This document shows, in pieces, positions 27,264 to 36,262 of a DNA stretch of 36,262 nucleotides. A program made the position numbers and the translations under genes. The stretch is taken from assembly GCA_017609985.1 (NCBI GenBank), contig JAFCCW010000017.1, positions 1 through 36,262 of the forward strand. Direction: 5' to 3'. The first letter of the stretch is position 1. Every line of letters starts with the position of its first letter. The notes beneath the pieces are model-generated. The model had not been told where the DNA came from. It saw only the letters and a program-made list of their open reading frames with translations, and did not search any database. Origin of the DNA: Candidatus Iainarchaeum sp. (lineage in GTDB: Archaea > Iainarchaeota > Iainarchaeia > Iainarchaeales > JAFCCW01).

Positions 27264-27440
27264 TCAATCTTTCTCCACAACTAACTTTCCTTTGTCCAAT
27301 CGCCAGCGTAGTGACTGACCTTCAATATCGTTTCTGAGCCCGATTACATTCTCTGCAATTTCTTTCGGAATCTGAACACGATAGTAAAGTTTGCCCTGCG
27401 TTCTTCTGAGTTCAACCTTCGAATATTTTTCCAAAGCCAT
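27264..27440 (-). CDS. AbrB/MazE/SpoVT-like DNA-binding protein (58 aa)
   Basis: Manual translation MALEKYSKVELRRTQGKLYYRVQIPKEIAENVIGL...LRWRLDKGKLVVEKD. Confidence 0.7.
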   Translation of the reverse strand: MALEKYSKVELRRTQGKLYYRVQIPKEIAENVIGLRNDIEGQSLRWRLDKGKLVVEKD

Positions 27441-27570
27441 AATTTACACAATTAGATAGGACTACAAAGGTTTAAATAGAGCATTAAACAATATATCAAA
27501 TACCAAATAAGAAATTGTTTGGCAACCTACTAAATACCCTTTAAATACCTTTTAGGCGATAGTTAATCCA

Positions 27571-28355
27571 ATGCATCTGTTGAGTTACTGGAAAATTATA
27601 AGGCCAAGTAATGGGGCAATGGCAGCCTTAGCTGTAGCAATCGGATTCTTTTTTTAATATCTGGAGCAGGAATTGTTCTGAATGACTTTTTTGATGTGGA
27701 AATGGACAAGTTAAACGAGCCAGAAAGACCTATTCCATCAGGCAAAATTTCCCCAAACCAAGCTCTTGTGTTTTCCTCACTTCTCTTTATTGCAGGGCTT
27801 GCTCTCTCTTACTATGTAAATATTTACTGTTTTGCTCTTGCACTCATTAACACATTTCTTGAAATAGGCTATGCTGCAAGACTGAAGCAGATTGCTTTGG
27901 TTGGAAATCTCACAGACAGCTGGTTTGTAGCAAGCTCTTTTTTGTACGGTGCACTGATAACAGCGAGCAGTGCCCATTTAATGGTTAAAACCTCGCCAGC
28001 TCTTCTTGTTCCACTGATTGCAATAACTGCTTTCACAGCAAATGCTTCAAGGGAAATTTTTGGAGACATTCAAGACCTTGAAGGTGACAAAAAAGCTGGA
28101 GCAAAAACTCTGCCAGTAATTGCCGGAGTACAAGTTTCAAAAAAAGCAGCAGTCTTTCTTCTGACAATAGCAATCCTTCTGGGATTTGTTCCGTTCCAGC
28201 TCGGCTTTTTTGGAATTGAATATCTTGCAGTAGTCATAATAGCAGACCTGTTGTTTGCTTACTCTATTAATCTTGAACTGGAAAAAAACCAGAAGATGAT
28301 GCGAACAGCAATGGCTGTCGCAATCCTTGCATTTGCAGTGGGCGTGATTTTTTGA
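27571..28355 (+). pseudogene. Digeranylgeranylglyceryl-phosphate synthase-like UbiA protein, disrupted near the 5' end
   Basis: MHLLSYWKIIRPSNGAMAALAVAIGFFF* then, in another frame, FLISGAGIVLNDFFDVEMDKLNEPERPIPSG; REI..DIQDLEGD motif. Confidence 0.75.
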
Positions 28356-29263
28356 GAGAAGAAATTATTTCAAAAACAATTGCACTTCTTAGGAAAAAAA
28401 AGTTCACTGTTTCAACATTCCTGAACACAAACACCTGCTTTGACATTGTTGCAAGGCGCGAGGACTTAACACTGCTCTTTAAGATATTTGACAATGTTGA
28501 CGGAGTGCGGCAGGAACAGGCAATGGAACTAAAAAAGCTTGCTTCACTTTTTGGAGCAACAACAATAATTCTTGGAAGCAAAACAAAGGCTTTTGTGCTC
28601 AAAGAAAACATTATATATTCAAGATATGGAATTTCCACACTTTCTCTGGTTACTCTTTCAAATTTTTTGTATGGCGATGTTCCATCAATCTCTTTCTTCA
28701 AAGGAAAAGAAATTGTTGAAATTGACCCAAACAGAATGAAAGAGCTCAGGTCAGAAAAAGGAATTTCCATGAAACAGCTTGCTGAAAAAATTGACTCAAC
28801 AGTAGAATCAGTTTATCGCTACGAACACGGAGCAAAAGCTTCTCTCTTGACAGCTGAGAAAATTGAAAAAATACTGGAAGGAGACCTTGTAAAAGAAATA
28901 GACTTGTTTGAATCCGAGCCGGAAGAGTTTGGAGAAGAAGAACCAGAAGACGAGACACTGCTCAAACTAAAGTCTCTTGGCTCAAAGATATCTGTTTTCT
29001 CAAGAGCGCCGTTCAGAGCAATCTCATCCAGGAAAGAAAGCATTCTCGTGGAAAAAGCAGGTTCTAAAACAGAGATTAAAAAGAAATCAATCGAACTCGA
29101 CAAAGCAAGAAAACCATTTAACTCTTATTCCATACTAATTTCAAAAAAAATTCCAGCAAGACAAATTGGTCAGACACCAGTAATTGAAGAAGAAGAACTT
29201 TCCTCGCTCTCAAGGTTCAGGGAACTAATTGAACTTATAAGGGAAAGAGAACAACTGAAATAA
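28352..29263 (+). CDS. Conserved archaeal HTH transcriptional regulator (nuclease-like N-terminus plus XRE HTH)
   Basis: CFDIVARR, LRSEKGISMKQLAEKI...VYRYEHG, RAPF. Confidence 0.85.
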   Translation: MREEIISKTIALLRKKKFTVSTFLNTNTCFDIVARREDLTLLFKIFDNVDGVRQEQAMELKKLASLFGATTIILGSKTKAFVLKENIIYSRYGISTLSLVTLSNFLYGDVPSISFFKGKEIVEIDPNRMKELRSEKGISMKQLAEKIDSTVESVYRYEHGAKASLLTAEKIEKILEGDLVKEIDLFESEPEEFGEEEPEDETLLKLKSLGSKISVFSRAPFRAISSRKESILVEKAGSKTEIKKKSIELDKARKPFNSYSILISKKIPARQIGQTPVIEEEELSSLSRFRELIELIREREQLK

Positions 29264-29278
29264 ACCTTAACCAAAAAA

Positions 29279-29674
29279 CTATTTTTTTGTGTTTTCACCA
29301 ATTGCACGATAATAATATCTTGTTGCGGAGATAACTCCCATCGCCACAGAACTCCTGCTCAATTCCAATTCTTTTAATTCTCTTTCCAGTCTCTGATGCT
29401 TTTCTTCAATTCGTCTAAAAAAAGGTCTTTGCATTTGTTCCGTGGTTAAACTGCTCAACTCATTTTCTGCGTCAGCTAGCTCTTTTGAAACCCGATCTAA
29501 ACGTGATTTAACTTCTAATAATTTTCTTTTTCTTCTCTTCAAGCGTTCAAGAGCTTTTTCAACAACAGGATGAATATCTTCATTCAAATGTGCTTCCTCG
29601 CTTTTTGCTTTTTTACCTTTTCTCTCTCTTCCAATGCCTCTTAAAACCAAGCCAACTATTCGCCTCAGGGGCAT
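29279..29674 (-). CDS. Hypothetical basic coiled-coil protein
   Basis: ATG overlaps the fen stop; heptad-rich Leu/Glu/Arg sequence. Confidence 0.6.
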   Translation of the reverse strand: MPLRRIVGLVLRGIGRERKGKKAKSEEAHLNEDIHPVVEKALERLKRRKRKLLEVKSRLDRVSKELADAENELSSLTTEQMQRPFFRRIEEKHQRLERELKELELSRSSVAMGVISATRYYYRAIGENTKK

Positions 29675-30699
29675 TAACTCCACGCTCCAAGCCTGCTTTG
29701 TGCTCCCTTGTCTTTGAATTTTTCAACAATCTTGTCAACTATTGAGCTGACTCTATCCAGAGAAAAGTCATGGTCTTCGCAGAGAAAGTTTACAATTCCC
29801 TCTTTGTCTGGTTCACTAAATTCAAGAGAATAATCTTTTTTGAATTCAGGTTTCATAAAAAGGTTTTCAAGGTCTTCAATTGCAATCTCAAGCTCGTGCC
29901 CTGTTTCTTTCTCAATTTCTTCAAATGAATCAAATTTTTGAACAAGCTTGATAGCAGTTTTGGGACCAACTTTTGGAAATTTTTCATTAAAGTCTGTGCC
30001 AACAAGCACACCCAACCAGATAAGTTTCTGTCTTGAAATGCCAAGCTTCTCCAAAGAGGCATTGAGAGAAATTTCCTCTGGCTTGACATCATAGTAATAG
30101 TCTTTTCCCGGAGCCTTTCTCTTCCCGCTTACAGTGATGTTTCTAAGCAGTCTTGTTGTTCCAAACAATAAAGCATCATAGTCCTGTGAAACACAACCAT
30201 ACAAGTCTCCTGTTTCAACCATCTGAGCAACCTGAGCTTCTCCCTCGCTTGGAGCCTGCACAACAGGCAAGCCCATTAGCTGAACAAGCTTTTTTGCCCC
30301 ATCAATCATTTCCCCTGTAAGAGACACAGATTGCTGAGCATACTTTCTTGCCTCTTTGTCGTCTCCCCTCTTCTTTGCTTCTTCAAACTTGCCTCTAGCA
30401 GTCAATCTTGCATCACGTCTCTCATGCCGTGTCTTCTCCTTCAATTTGTGTGCTTCCCCATCAAAAACAAAAACAGGTTTTATCCCAGCATCAAGCAGAC
30501 TGCTTGTCCTATAAAGCAAGCCAGTGAGATGCGAGGTTATTCTTCCACGCGAATCCATCAAAGGAGTGCCGTCCTGCCCCCTGATACTGGACAAGAACTG
30601 GTAGAGAACATTGAAAGAATCCACTCCCAGTTTTCTGTCCACAAGCTGGTTTAACTCAATTTCCTTTTTTTCCAACAAGTCCCCTATTGCTGTTCCCAT
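29674..30699 (-). CDS. fen: Flap endonuclease 1
   Basis: YQFLSSIR...GTPL, VFDG, APSEGEAQ, SQDYD, GTDFN, C-terminal PIP box QSRLGAW. Confidence 0.97.
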   Translation of the reverse strand: MGTAIGDLLEKKEIELNQLVDRKLGVDSFNVLYQFLSSIRGQDGTPLMDSRGRITSHLTGLLYRTSSLLDAGIKPVFVFDGEAHKLKEKTRHERRDARLTARGKFEEAKKRGDDKEARKYAQQSVSLTGEMIDGAKKLVQLMGLPVVQAPSEGEAQVAQMVETGDLYGCVSQDYDALLFGTTRLLRNITVSGKRKAPGKDYYYDVKPEEISLNASLEKLGISRQKLIWLGVLVGTDFNEKFPKVGPKTAIKLVQKFDSFEEIEKETGHELEIAIEDLENLFMKPEFKKDYSLEFSEPDKEGIVNFLCEDHDFSLDRVSSIVDKIVEKFKDKGAQSRLGAWS

Positions 30700-30970
30700 C
30701 AATTCACCCTAAGCGTTTAGAATAATGCCAAATAATTTTATTTCCCTTTCTTTCCTGCTTAATCTTGACCCAACCTGCTTGCTCACAGATGTGTCTTGCA
30801 ATTTTATTATCTGTTTGAGCATAAACATATTCCACCCTTCAACTGTGTAAAGGCATAATATGTATTCGTTTTCTAAGCTTAATAAAATTTGCTTTCAATA
30901 TCTCAAAAAAGTATTACGAAACTCGCAAAAAATCAGAAAGCTTTAAATATGAAAAAAGCAGCAATATATA

Positions 30971-31245
30971 GGGGAGCTAACAACTTGATTGTTGATGTTC
31001 CTTCAGAACTTGGTCTGGTGAGCCTAATCCGATTTTTGGCTGAGTTCAACCAATTTTTAGCTTGTCCCTGTTCGCAGGGACCTGATTTTTTCCTGTCCAA
31101 CTTTCAGATAAGTTTCTTTCTCATCGAAACCAAATAAGCCATGGTTTTTGGCTTGATTGTTTTCAATAATTTAAATCTTTTCTTTTTTTCGGGTTCGTTG
31201 GAACCAGAGAATTCCTTCCCTCAAATTCGGTTCCTGATTTTTCCA
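30971..31245 (+). ncRNA. Candidate structured non-coding RNA(s)
   Basis: TTTAAATA at 30942-30949; 5' GAGCTAA pairs with TTAGCTT (31057-31063); GTCCCTG-TTCG-CAGGGAC hairpin; two hairpin+TGATTTTT ends. Confidence 0.4.
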
Positions 31246-31406
31246 ACATACAAAATATCTTTTTTCATTAAACAGATTAACTCTGCATAACCATCAGGAC
31301 TTGAAATTCTTATAACTCAGCGTCTTCAAATAAAAACAATTGTTTTTTTAGCAAAAAAACTCTTGTTTCAGAAACCATTAATAAGTGTTTGCGCTCTTTT
31401 TCTCTC

Positions 31407-31880
31407 ATGGTTGGATGTGAAATTTGCGGAAAAGAAGCAGGGCAGGGGAAAAAAATCAGAACAGACGGCTGTGAAATGATTGTCTGCGAAGACTGTGCTT
31501 CTTTCGGAATTCAGGTAAAGGAAAAAAGAAATCAAGACTCCAGTTCAAAAAGTTTTTCAGGAAAAGGAATGTCTGCTTTTTCACAGAGCCATCTTGTCGA
31601 CGACTATGGCAAGAGAATAAGACAGGCAAGAGAGAAGCAGGGCTGGACACTTGAAGACCTAGGAAAAAAGGTTTTTGAAAAATCATCCTATGTTCATAGA
31701 GTGGAAGCACAGCAGATAAAGCCAAGTGACAAGCTTGCTAAAAAGCTTGAAGACTGCCTTGGAATATCTCTTGGAAAAACAGGAAGCAGGGAAGAAAACG
31801 ATTTCGAAGCAGTCAGGGGAGAAGAGAAAGGAATAACTCTCTGGGATATTGCAAAGAAAAAGAAAGGTGAAGAAGAATGA
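31407..31880 (+). CDS. mbf1: Archaeal multiprotein bridging factor aMBF1 (Zn ribbon + HTH)
   Basis: CEICG...VCEDC, LVDDYGKRIRQAREKQGWT, TLWD. Confidence 0.9.
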   Translation: MVGCEICGKEAGQGKKIRTDGCEMIVCEDCASFGIQVKEKRNQDSSSKSFSGKGMSAFSQSHLVDDYGKRIRQAREKQGWTLEDLGKKVFEKSSYVHRVEAQQIKPSDKLAKKLEDCLGISLGKTGSREENDFEAVRGEEKGITLWDIAKKKKGEEE

Positions 31881-33268
31881 GCCTCTTTCTTTGGATTGCT
31901 GGATTTATCCTGTTTGCTTTTGCAACAACTTTTTTGCTCAAAAAGTTTACTTCAGCAGAAACACACTATGTTGTGTCCATAATAAAATCCACGAGATTTC
32001 TGCCACTTCTTGAAAAGCCGCTTTTTCTCGGAAAATGGATTGAAAGACTTGCAAAGCTTGGTTTGATTCTTGGATTCGGAGCAATAGCAGTAGACTGCCT
32101 GTTTATGCAAAAGAAAGGAAAACCACTGAGAATAGCTGCATTCATTGCTTCAACTATACTGCTGACTATTTTCTTCAACATATTTCTGGCTTTCTTTTTT
32201 CAAAACCCGTTTGTGGAAGAATATTTTTGGATGATTGGTCTAGCGTTTGGAGTAATGGGTTTTGCTGGTTCAGTGCTTGTCTCGCTCGCAACATATGCCT
32301 TGTTTGTAATCAAAGCCTTGCTGTCAGGAGAACAAGCCTGTCCAGGAGTAGCTCCCCTGATTCCCGGAGTAGAGATTCCAAATGTTCCGCTTGTTGTTCC
32401 GCTTCACGGCTGGATTTCCCTGCTTTTAATTTTAGTAATTCATGAAGCCTCTCACGGCACAGTAGCCCGCTTGTTCAAAGTAAAAATTAAGAGTGCTGGT
32501 CTACTCCTTTTGTCAATTCTGCCAATAGGAGCATTTGTAGAGCCAGATGAAAAACAGCTGAACTCTATTCCTGAAGAAAAACAGGCAATGGTTTATGCTG
32601 CTGGGCCCACAGCAAATCTTTTAACAATGCTTGCAAGCCTTGCGCTGGTAGTCCTGTTTATTTTCACAATTTATATTCCATTCATACAACCCTGGGAACA
32701 GACAGAACACGAAAGAGTACTTGACAGCATTATAGTTAGCGAGGTTCAGGAGACAGTGAAGCTGTGCGAAAGAGAATACGAAAGCCCTGCTTTTGGAAAA
32801 ATTGAAGTTGGATGGAAACTGGAGAAAGCAAATGATTTGAATGTGCTTGCTTCAGAGCGCGTTATCTTGAAGGCAGAAGAAGAAAACCTGCTAATTTTTT
32901 CAGACAGCGAAGGCAATGAAAAACAGGTTTCTCTCACCCCCAATGAACTTGGAGCACTTGGCTTTGGAGTGGAAAGAACAAAGAAGGCAGGAGTAGACTA
33001 TTCAGAGGAATTCAAGACCTATTCTTCAATTGCAGGATTTATTGCTTCATTCCTGAACTGGTTTATTATCCTCAATCTACTGCTTGCTTTAGTGAATTTC
33101 CTGCCAACAGAACCATTTGACGGAGGAAAGATTGCAAAGATTGTTCTGCTTCCATACTTTGGCTGGCTGAATATATCGAGAGAAGATACAAAAAAGCTAA
33201 TCGGAAGACTGTTTTCCTGGATTATTCTCCTGCTTTTGATTCTCAATGCACTGCCATTGTTTTTTTGA
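31877..33268 (+). CDS. Site-2 protease (peptidase M50) family
   Basis: HEASH, GAFVEPDE, AGPTAN, NFLPTEPFDGG. Confidence 0.93.
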   Translation: MSLFLWIAGFILFAFATTFLLKKFTSAETHYVVSIIKSTRFLPLLEKPLFLGKWIERLAKLGLILGFGAIAVDCLFMQKKGKPLRIAAFIASTILLTIFFNIFLAFFFQNPFVEEYFWMIGLAFGVMGFAGSVLVSLATYALFVIKALLSGEQACPGVAPLIPGVEIPNVPLVVPLHGWISLLLILVIHEASHGTVARLFKVKIKSAGLLLLSILPIGAFVEPDEKQLNSIPEEKQAMVYAAGPTANLLTMLASLALVVLFIFTIYIPFIQPWEQTEHERVLDSIIVSEVQETVKLCEREYESPAFGKIEVGWKLEKANDLNVLASERVILKAEEENLLIFSDSEGNEKQVSLTPNELGALGFGVERTKKAGVDYSEEFKTYSSIAGFIASFLNWFIILNLLLALVNFLPTEPFDGGKIAKIVLLPYFGWLNISREDTKKLIGRLFSWIILLLLILNALPLFF

Positions 33269-33390
33269 ACAAGACAACTGCTATTTAGACGAGATAATAA
33301 CTTGCCAGAAAAAATCTAGAAAAAGAAATGAAAACTCTTGAACAAGATTAAAAAAATAAAAAAAGAAAAAGGGAAAAAACCCTTTTCGAA

Positions 33391-34473
33391 CTATCTTACA
33401 AAATCCAAATCCAGGTCTTTTGAATTGCCTGAAGAAGATCTGCTTGAAGAGTCACTATTTCCAACTGGCCCCTTAATGTAGGGTGAGTGAACTCCGGTGA
33501 AGATTGTGATAACCTCCATCTTGTTCTCAAATGTTGGATCAACTCTTGAACCCCATATAACAGATGCTTTTGGGTCAATTTTGTCAGTTAACATTTCTCC
33601 GACAGCATTTGCTTCACCTAGTGTGAGCTCTGGTCCACCAGTTATATGGATTAATGCGCCTGTTGCTCCCCCGATATCAACATCAAGCAAAGCATTCTTC
33701 AGAGTATCTTCCACAACTTCATTAACCTTGTCAACAGACTTGCTTTCTCCAACAGCAATAACTGAGAGACCTTTGTTGCTCATAACAGACCTAACATCTG
33801 CATAGTCAAGGTTAATCAAAGAAGGCTGTGTAATTGTTTCAGTAATTCCTCTCACAGTTCTGGCAATAACCTCGTCTGCAACCTTGAAAGCATCCTGAAT
33901 TGGCAGGTTTGGCACTAACTCAACAAGCCTGTTGTTGTCAATTACAACAACCGTGTCAGTGACTTTCTTTAGTTCTTCAATTCCTTCCTCTGCCTTGATT
34001 AATCTTGCTTTTTCAAGAGCAAAAGGATAAGTAACAATTGCAATAACAATCGCGCCCTGTTCCTTGGCTATTTCTGCAACAATTGGTGCTGCACCAGTTC
34101 CTGTTCCTCCACCCATTCCAGCGGAAATAAACAGCATGTCAACGTCTCCAAGAACCTCTTCAAGAGCAGACCTGCTAACTTCAGCAGCTTTTGCTCCGAT
34201 TTCAGGATATCCACCTGCTCCAAGACCTCTTGTGACAGACTTTCCAATAAGGATTTTTGTTAGCTCATCGTTAATCAATGCAAGATGCTGCTTATCAGTG
34301 TTAACTCCAACAAGCTGTGCTCCGGAAATTCCCATGTTAGCAAGCCTGTTAACAGCATTGCATCCAGCACCACCAGCACCAATAACCATTATCTTTGGTG
34401 TGCCGAATTCCTCTAATTTGTCTTCTTCCATCTTTGTTTCTTTAACTACTGCATTTTCAACAATGGATTTCAA
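33391..34473 (-). CDS. ftsZ: Cell division protein FtsZ (FtsZ2-like)
   Basis: GAGGAGCN, GMGGGTGTG, ITETITQPSLINLDYAD (resembles archaeal FtsZ2); GGGGTGA SD before TTG start. Confidence 0.97.
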   Translation of the reverse strand: MKSIVENAVVKETKMEEDKLEEFGTPKIMVIGAGGAGCNAVNRLANMGISGAQLVGVNTDKQHLALINDELTKILIGKSVTRGLGAGGYPEIGAKAAEVSRSALEEVLGDVDMLFISAGMGGGTGTGAAPIVAEIAKEQGAIVIAIVTYPFALEKARLIKAEEGIEELKKVTDTVVVIDNNRLVELVPNLPIQDAFKVADEVIARTVRGITETITQPSLINLDYADVRSVMSNKGLSVIAVGESKSVDKVNEVVEDTLKNALLDVDIGGATGALIHITGGPELTLGEANAVGEMLTDKIDPKASVIWGSRVDPTFENKMEVITIFTGVHSPYIKGPVGNSDSSSRSSSGNSKDLDLDFVR

Positions 34474-35020
34474 TCTGTATCACCCCTTCCCACTGGAAAA
34501 ATTCAATTGTCGAAGGCTAAAAAAGCCAAAAATCTATTTCCACTAATATACTTGCTGAACTCCTATATATAGTTTTGTTCTTATGTATAAAGCCAGAATA
34601 ACACTTTGATTGGAAAATGAGTATTGTTAAGCAGACAAACTGTTATGTATAATAGTGTTTTTGTTGTATTTCCTTGTTTCAGAGAATAAACCAATTAACA
34701 ATTTCTTAAAAACAGTAAAAAGTGTTATCTGGGCTTTGATGCTAGATTAAGGCATCAAAACAAGTTTTTTAAAGTTATAAAAGCAGATTAGATACCCCCT
34801 ATTACAAGCAACTTAGCCTGTTTTCTGGCTTTTGCTCCAGATAATACAACAAATATTGATTACAAAGCAGTTAACCAACCACACTTTCGCCCCCATTCAA
34901 ACAATTTTTTTTCCCTAAAATTTTATTTTTTCAAAAAACTTTTTTGCAAAGCTTTAAATAAACTACTTGCTTAAATTCATTTAAACAGCCGGGCAACTAA
35001 TTGTAATAACACATCTCGAA

Positions 35021-35093
35021 GCCCCTGTAGCTCAGCAGGTAGAGCGCTCGGCTGTTAACCGAAAGGTCGTAGGTTCAAATCCTACCGGGGGCG
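35021..35093 (+). tRNA. tRNA-Asn(GUU)
   Basis: GCCCCTG/CGGGGGC acceptor stem, anticodon loop CTGTTAA, GGTTCAAATCC T-arm. Confidence 0.96.
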
Positions 35094-35161
35094 CATTCTT
35101 CTTTTTCAATCGCCTACTCACGCAGTTATAAATGCTTTTCGGTTGAGGAAGGTGTAGCTAA

Positions 35162-36262
35162 ATGAAAGAATACATTCACCCCTACGGGCGGTACCTAGAA
35201 AGGCAACTCGAGCTCCTGAAAGAAGACAAAATAAGCGAAAAGAACAGGGAACTAATCCAAGGATTCTACCAGCACAACCGGGCAATGGGAACAAGCCTGC
35301 CAAGACTCGTCAGGCAAATAAACACGCTGAGAATCACAGCAAAACAAGTCGGAAAAAACTTTGAAGACATAACCAAGCAAGACTACGAGGAATTTATTGT
35401 CTGGATGAAAGAACAAGGCAAAAAAGAATGGACAATCTGGACATACAAAAACATCCTCAAAGTATTCCACAAATGGGCAAACAACGGTGGAGTCCCCGAC
35501 TGCGTTGAATGGTTCAGGTCAACAGCCCTCAAAAACAGCATCCTCCCAGAAGACCTGTTGACACAGGAAGATGTAAAAAAACTGATAAAGGGCGCGTTGT
35601 ACCAGCGCGACAAAGCATTTGTCGCAGGCATCTGGGAAACAGGCGCAAGGATCGGAGAAATAGGCAGCCTGCGCATAAAAGACATCTCATTCGACGAATT
35701 CGGCGGAAAAATACTGCTAAACGGAAAAACAGGAATGCGCCAAGTCAGAATAGTTCACAGCGCACAATACATAATAGACTGGATAAACCAACACCCCTAC
35801 AGCAAACAACAAGACGCACCACTCTGGATTTCACTAAAAACAAGGCAATGCGAACGCCTCTGCTACGCATCACTCGCCAAAATACTGAGAACAACAGCAA
35901 AAAGAACAAACATAACAAAACCAGTAAACCCCCACCACTTCAGGCACTCACGCGCAACATACATGGCAAACCATCTAACAGAAGCACAAATGAAAGAATA
36001 CTTCGGCTGGGGTCAAGACTCAAGCATGGTAGCCAGATACGTTCACCTATCAGGCAAACACGTTGACGACGCAGTCCTCAAAATGTGCGGGCTAAAAAAA
36101 AGAGAACCGGAAAAAGACATCCTTCAAAGAGAACAATGTCCAAGATGCAGAACCGAAAACGAAGTAAACAAAGACTACTGCGAAAAATGCTGGCTCCCCC
36201 TCACCCCAAACGCAGTAAACGAAGTAGAAGAAACACAAGGAAAAGACCAAGACGCAATCATA
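35162..36262 (+). CDS. Tyrosine recombinase/integrase with C-terminal Zn ribbon (runs off window)
   Basis: Manual translation from ATG 35162: ETGARIGE, GKTG, PHHFRHSRAT, FGW...SSMVARYVHL, CPRC...CEKC; lies directly downstream of tRNA-Asn. Confidence 0.93.
   Translation, partial: MKEYIHPYGRYLERQLELLKEDKISEKNRELIQGFYQHNRAMGTSLPRLVRQINTLRITAKQVGKNFEDITKQDYEEFIVWMKEQGKKEWTIWTYKNILKVFHKWANNGGVPDCVEWFRSTALKNSILPEDLLTQEDVKKLIKGALYQRDKAFVAGIWETGARIGEIGSLRIKDISFDEFGGKILLNGKTGMRQVRIVHSAQYIIDWINQHPYSKQQDAPLWISLKTRQCERLCYASLAKILRTTAKRTNITKPVNPHHFRHSRATYMANHLTEAQMKEYFGWGQDSSMVARYVHLSGKHVDDAVLKMCGLKKREPEKDILQREQCPRCRTENEVNKDYCEKCWLPLTPNAVNEVEETQGKDQDAII

Noticed and set aside
30705-30856. GNAT-like fragment VEYVYAQTDNKIARHICEQAGW… after an in-frame TGA, considered as possible stop-codon recoding
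   Set aside because: TGA, TAG and TAA all terminate conserved genes at expected positions in this window; a decayed fragment is the simpler explanation
34482-34500. ORB-like TTTTCCAGTGGGAAGGGG on the minus strand
   Set aside because: Single copy, explained by the ftsZ leader hairpin and SD; no cdc6/orc1 gene in the window
35509-36066. 185-aa + strand ORF and overlapping minus-strand ORFs
   Set aside because: Alternative frames of the integrase that starts at 35162
1-36262. CRISPR array or TIGR-like repeat array
   Set aside because: No regularly spaced repeat-spacer series and no cas genes were seen; only one box C/D-like k-turn unit is present at 7301-7349

Overview
Archaeal chromosomal window, most likely from a DPANN lineage such as Iainarchaeota/Diapherotrites (inferred from archaeal-type AlaRS, eL40, eL41, FEN1, aMBF1, FtsZ, a tRNA intron with a bulge-helix-bulge motif and a divergent archaeal rRNA). 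Core content: alaS, RNase P RNA, a minus-strand 16S-tRNA-Ala-23S operon without 5S, tRNA-Glu with intron, tRNA-Asn followed by a tyrosine integrase, a thiM-thiE-thiC-thiL cluster, two UbiA-family prenyltransferases, fen, ftsZ and a site-2 protease. The strongest candidate for an undescribed system is a ~3.6 kb transposon (5190-8803) that splits a host gene. It has bipartite terminal inverted repeats (GGTAAA-N8-TAYGTTGT) and a TA duplication. It carries a Zn-ribbon DDE transposase, a 42-aa ribbon-helix-helix (RHH)-like gene with an operator array, a winged-helix protein, an RNase H/DUF3800-like protein with a convergent small RNA candidate, and a ~145-nt kink-turn, three-hairpin ncRNA candidate whose stems resemble the element junctions. 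The rRNAs also show clustered, partly compensatory substitutions at near-universal peptidyl-transferase and decoding-centre positions. Several homopolymer frameshifts and short deletions suggest assembly errors or gene erosion, so lesion-based claims need read-level checking. All family assignments and E. coli rRNA numbering are from manual reading, not database searches.
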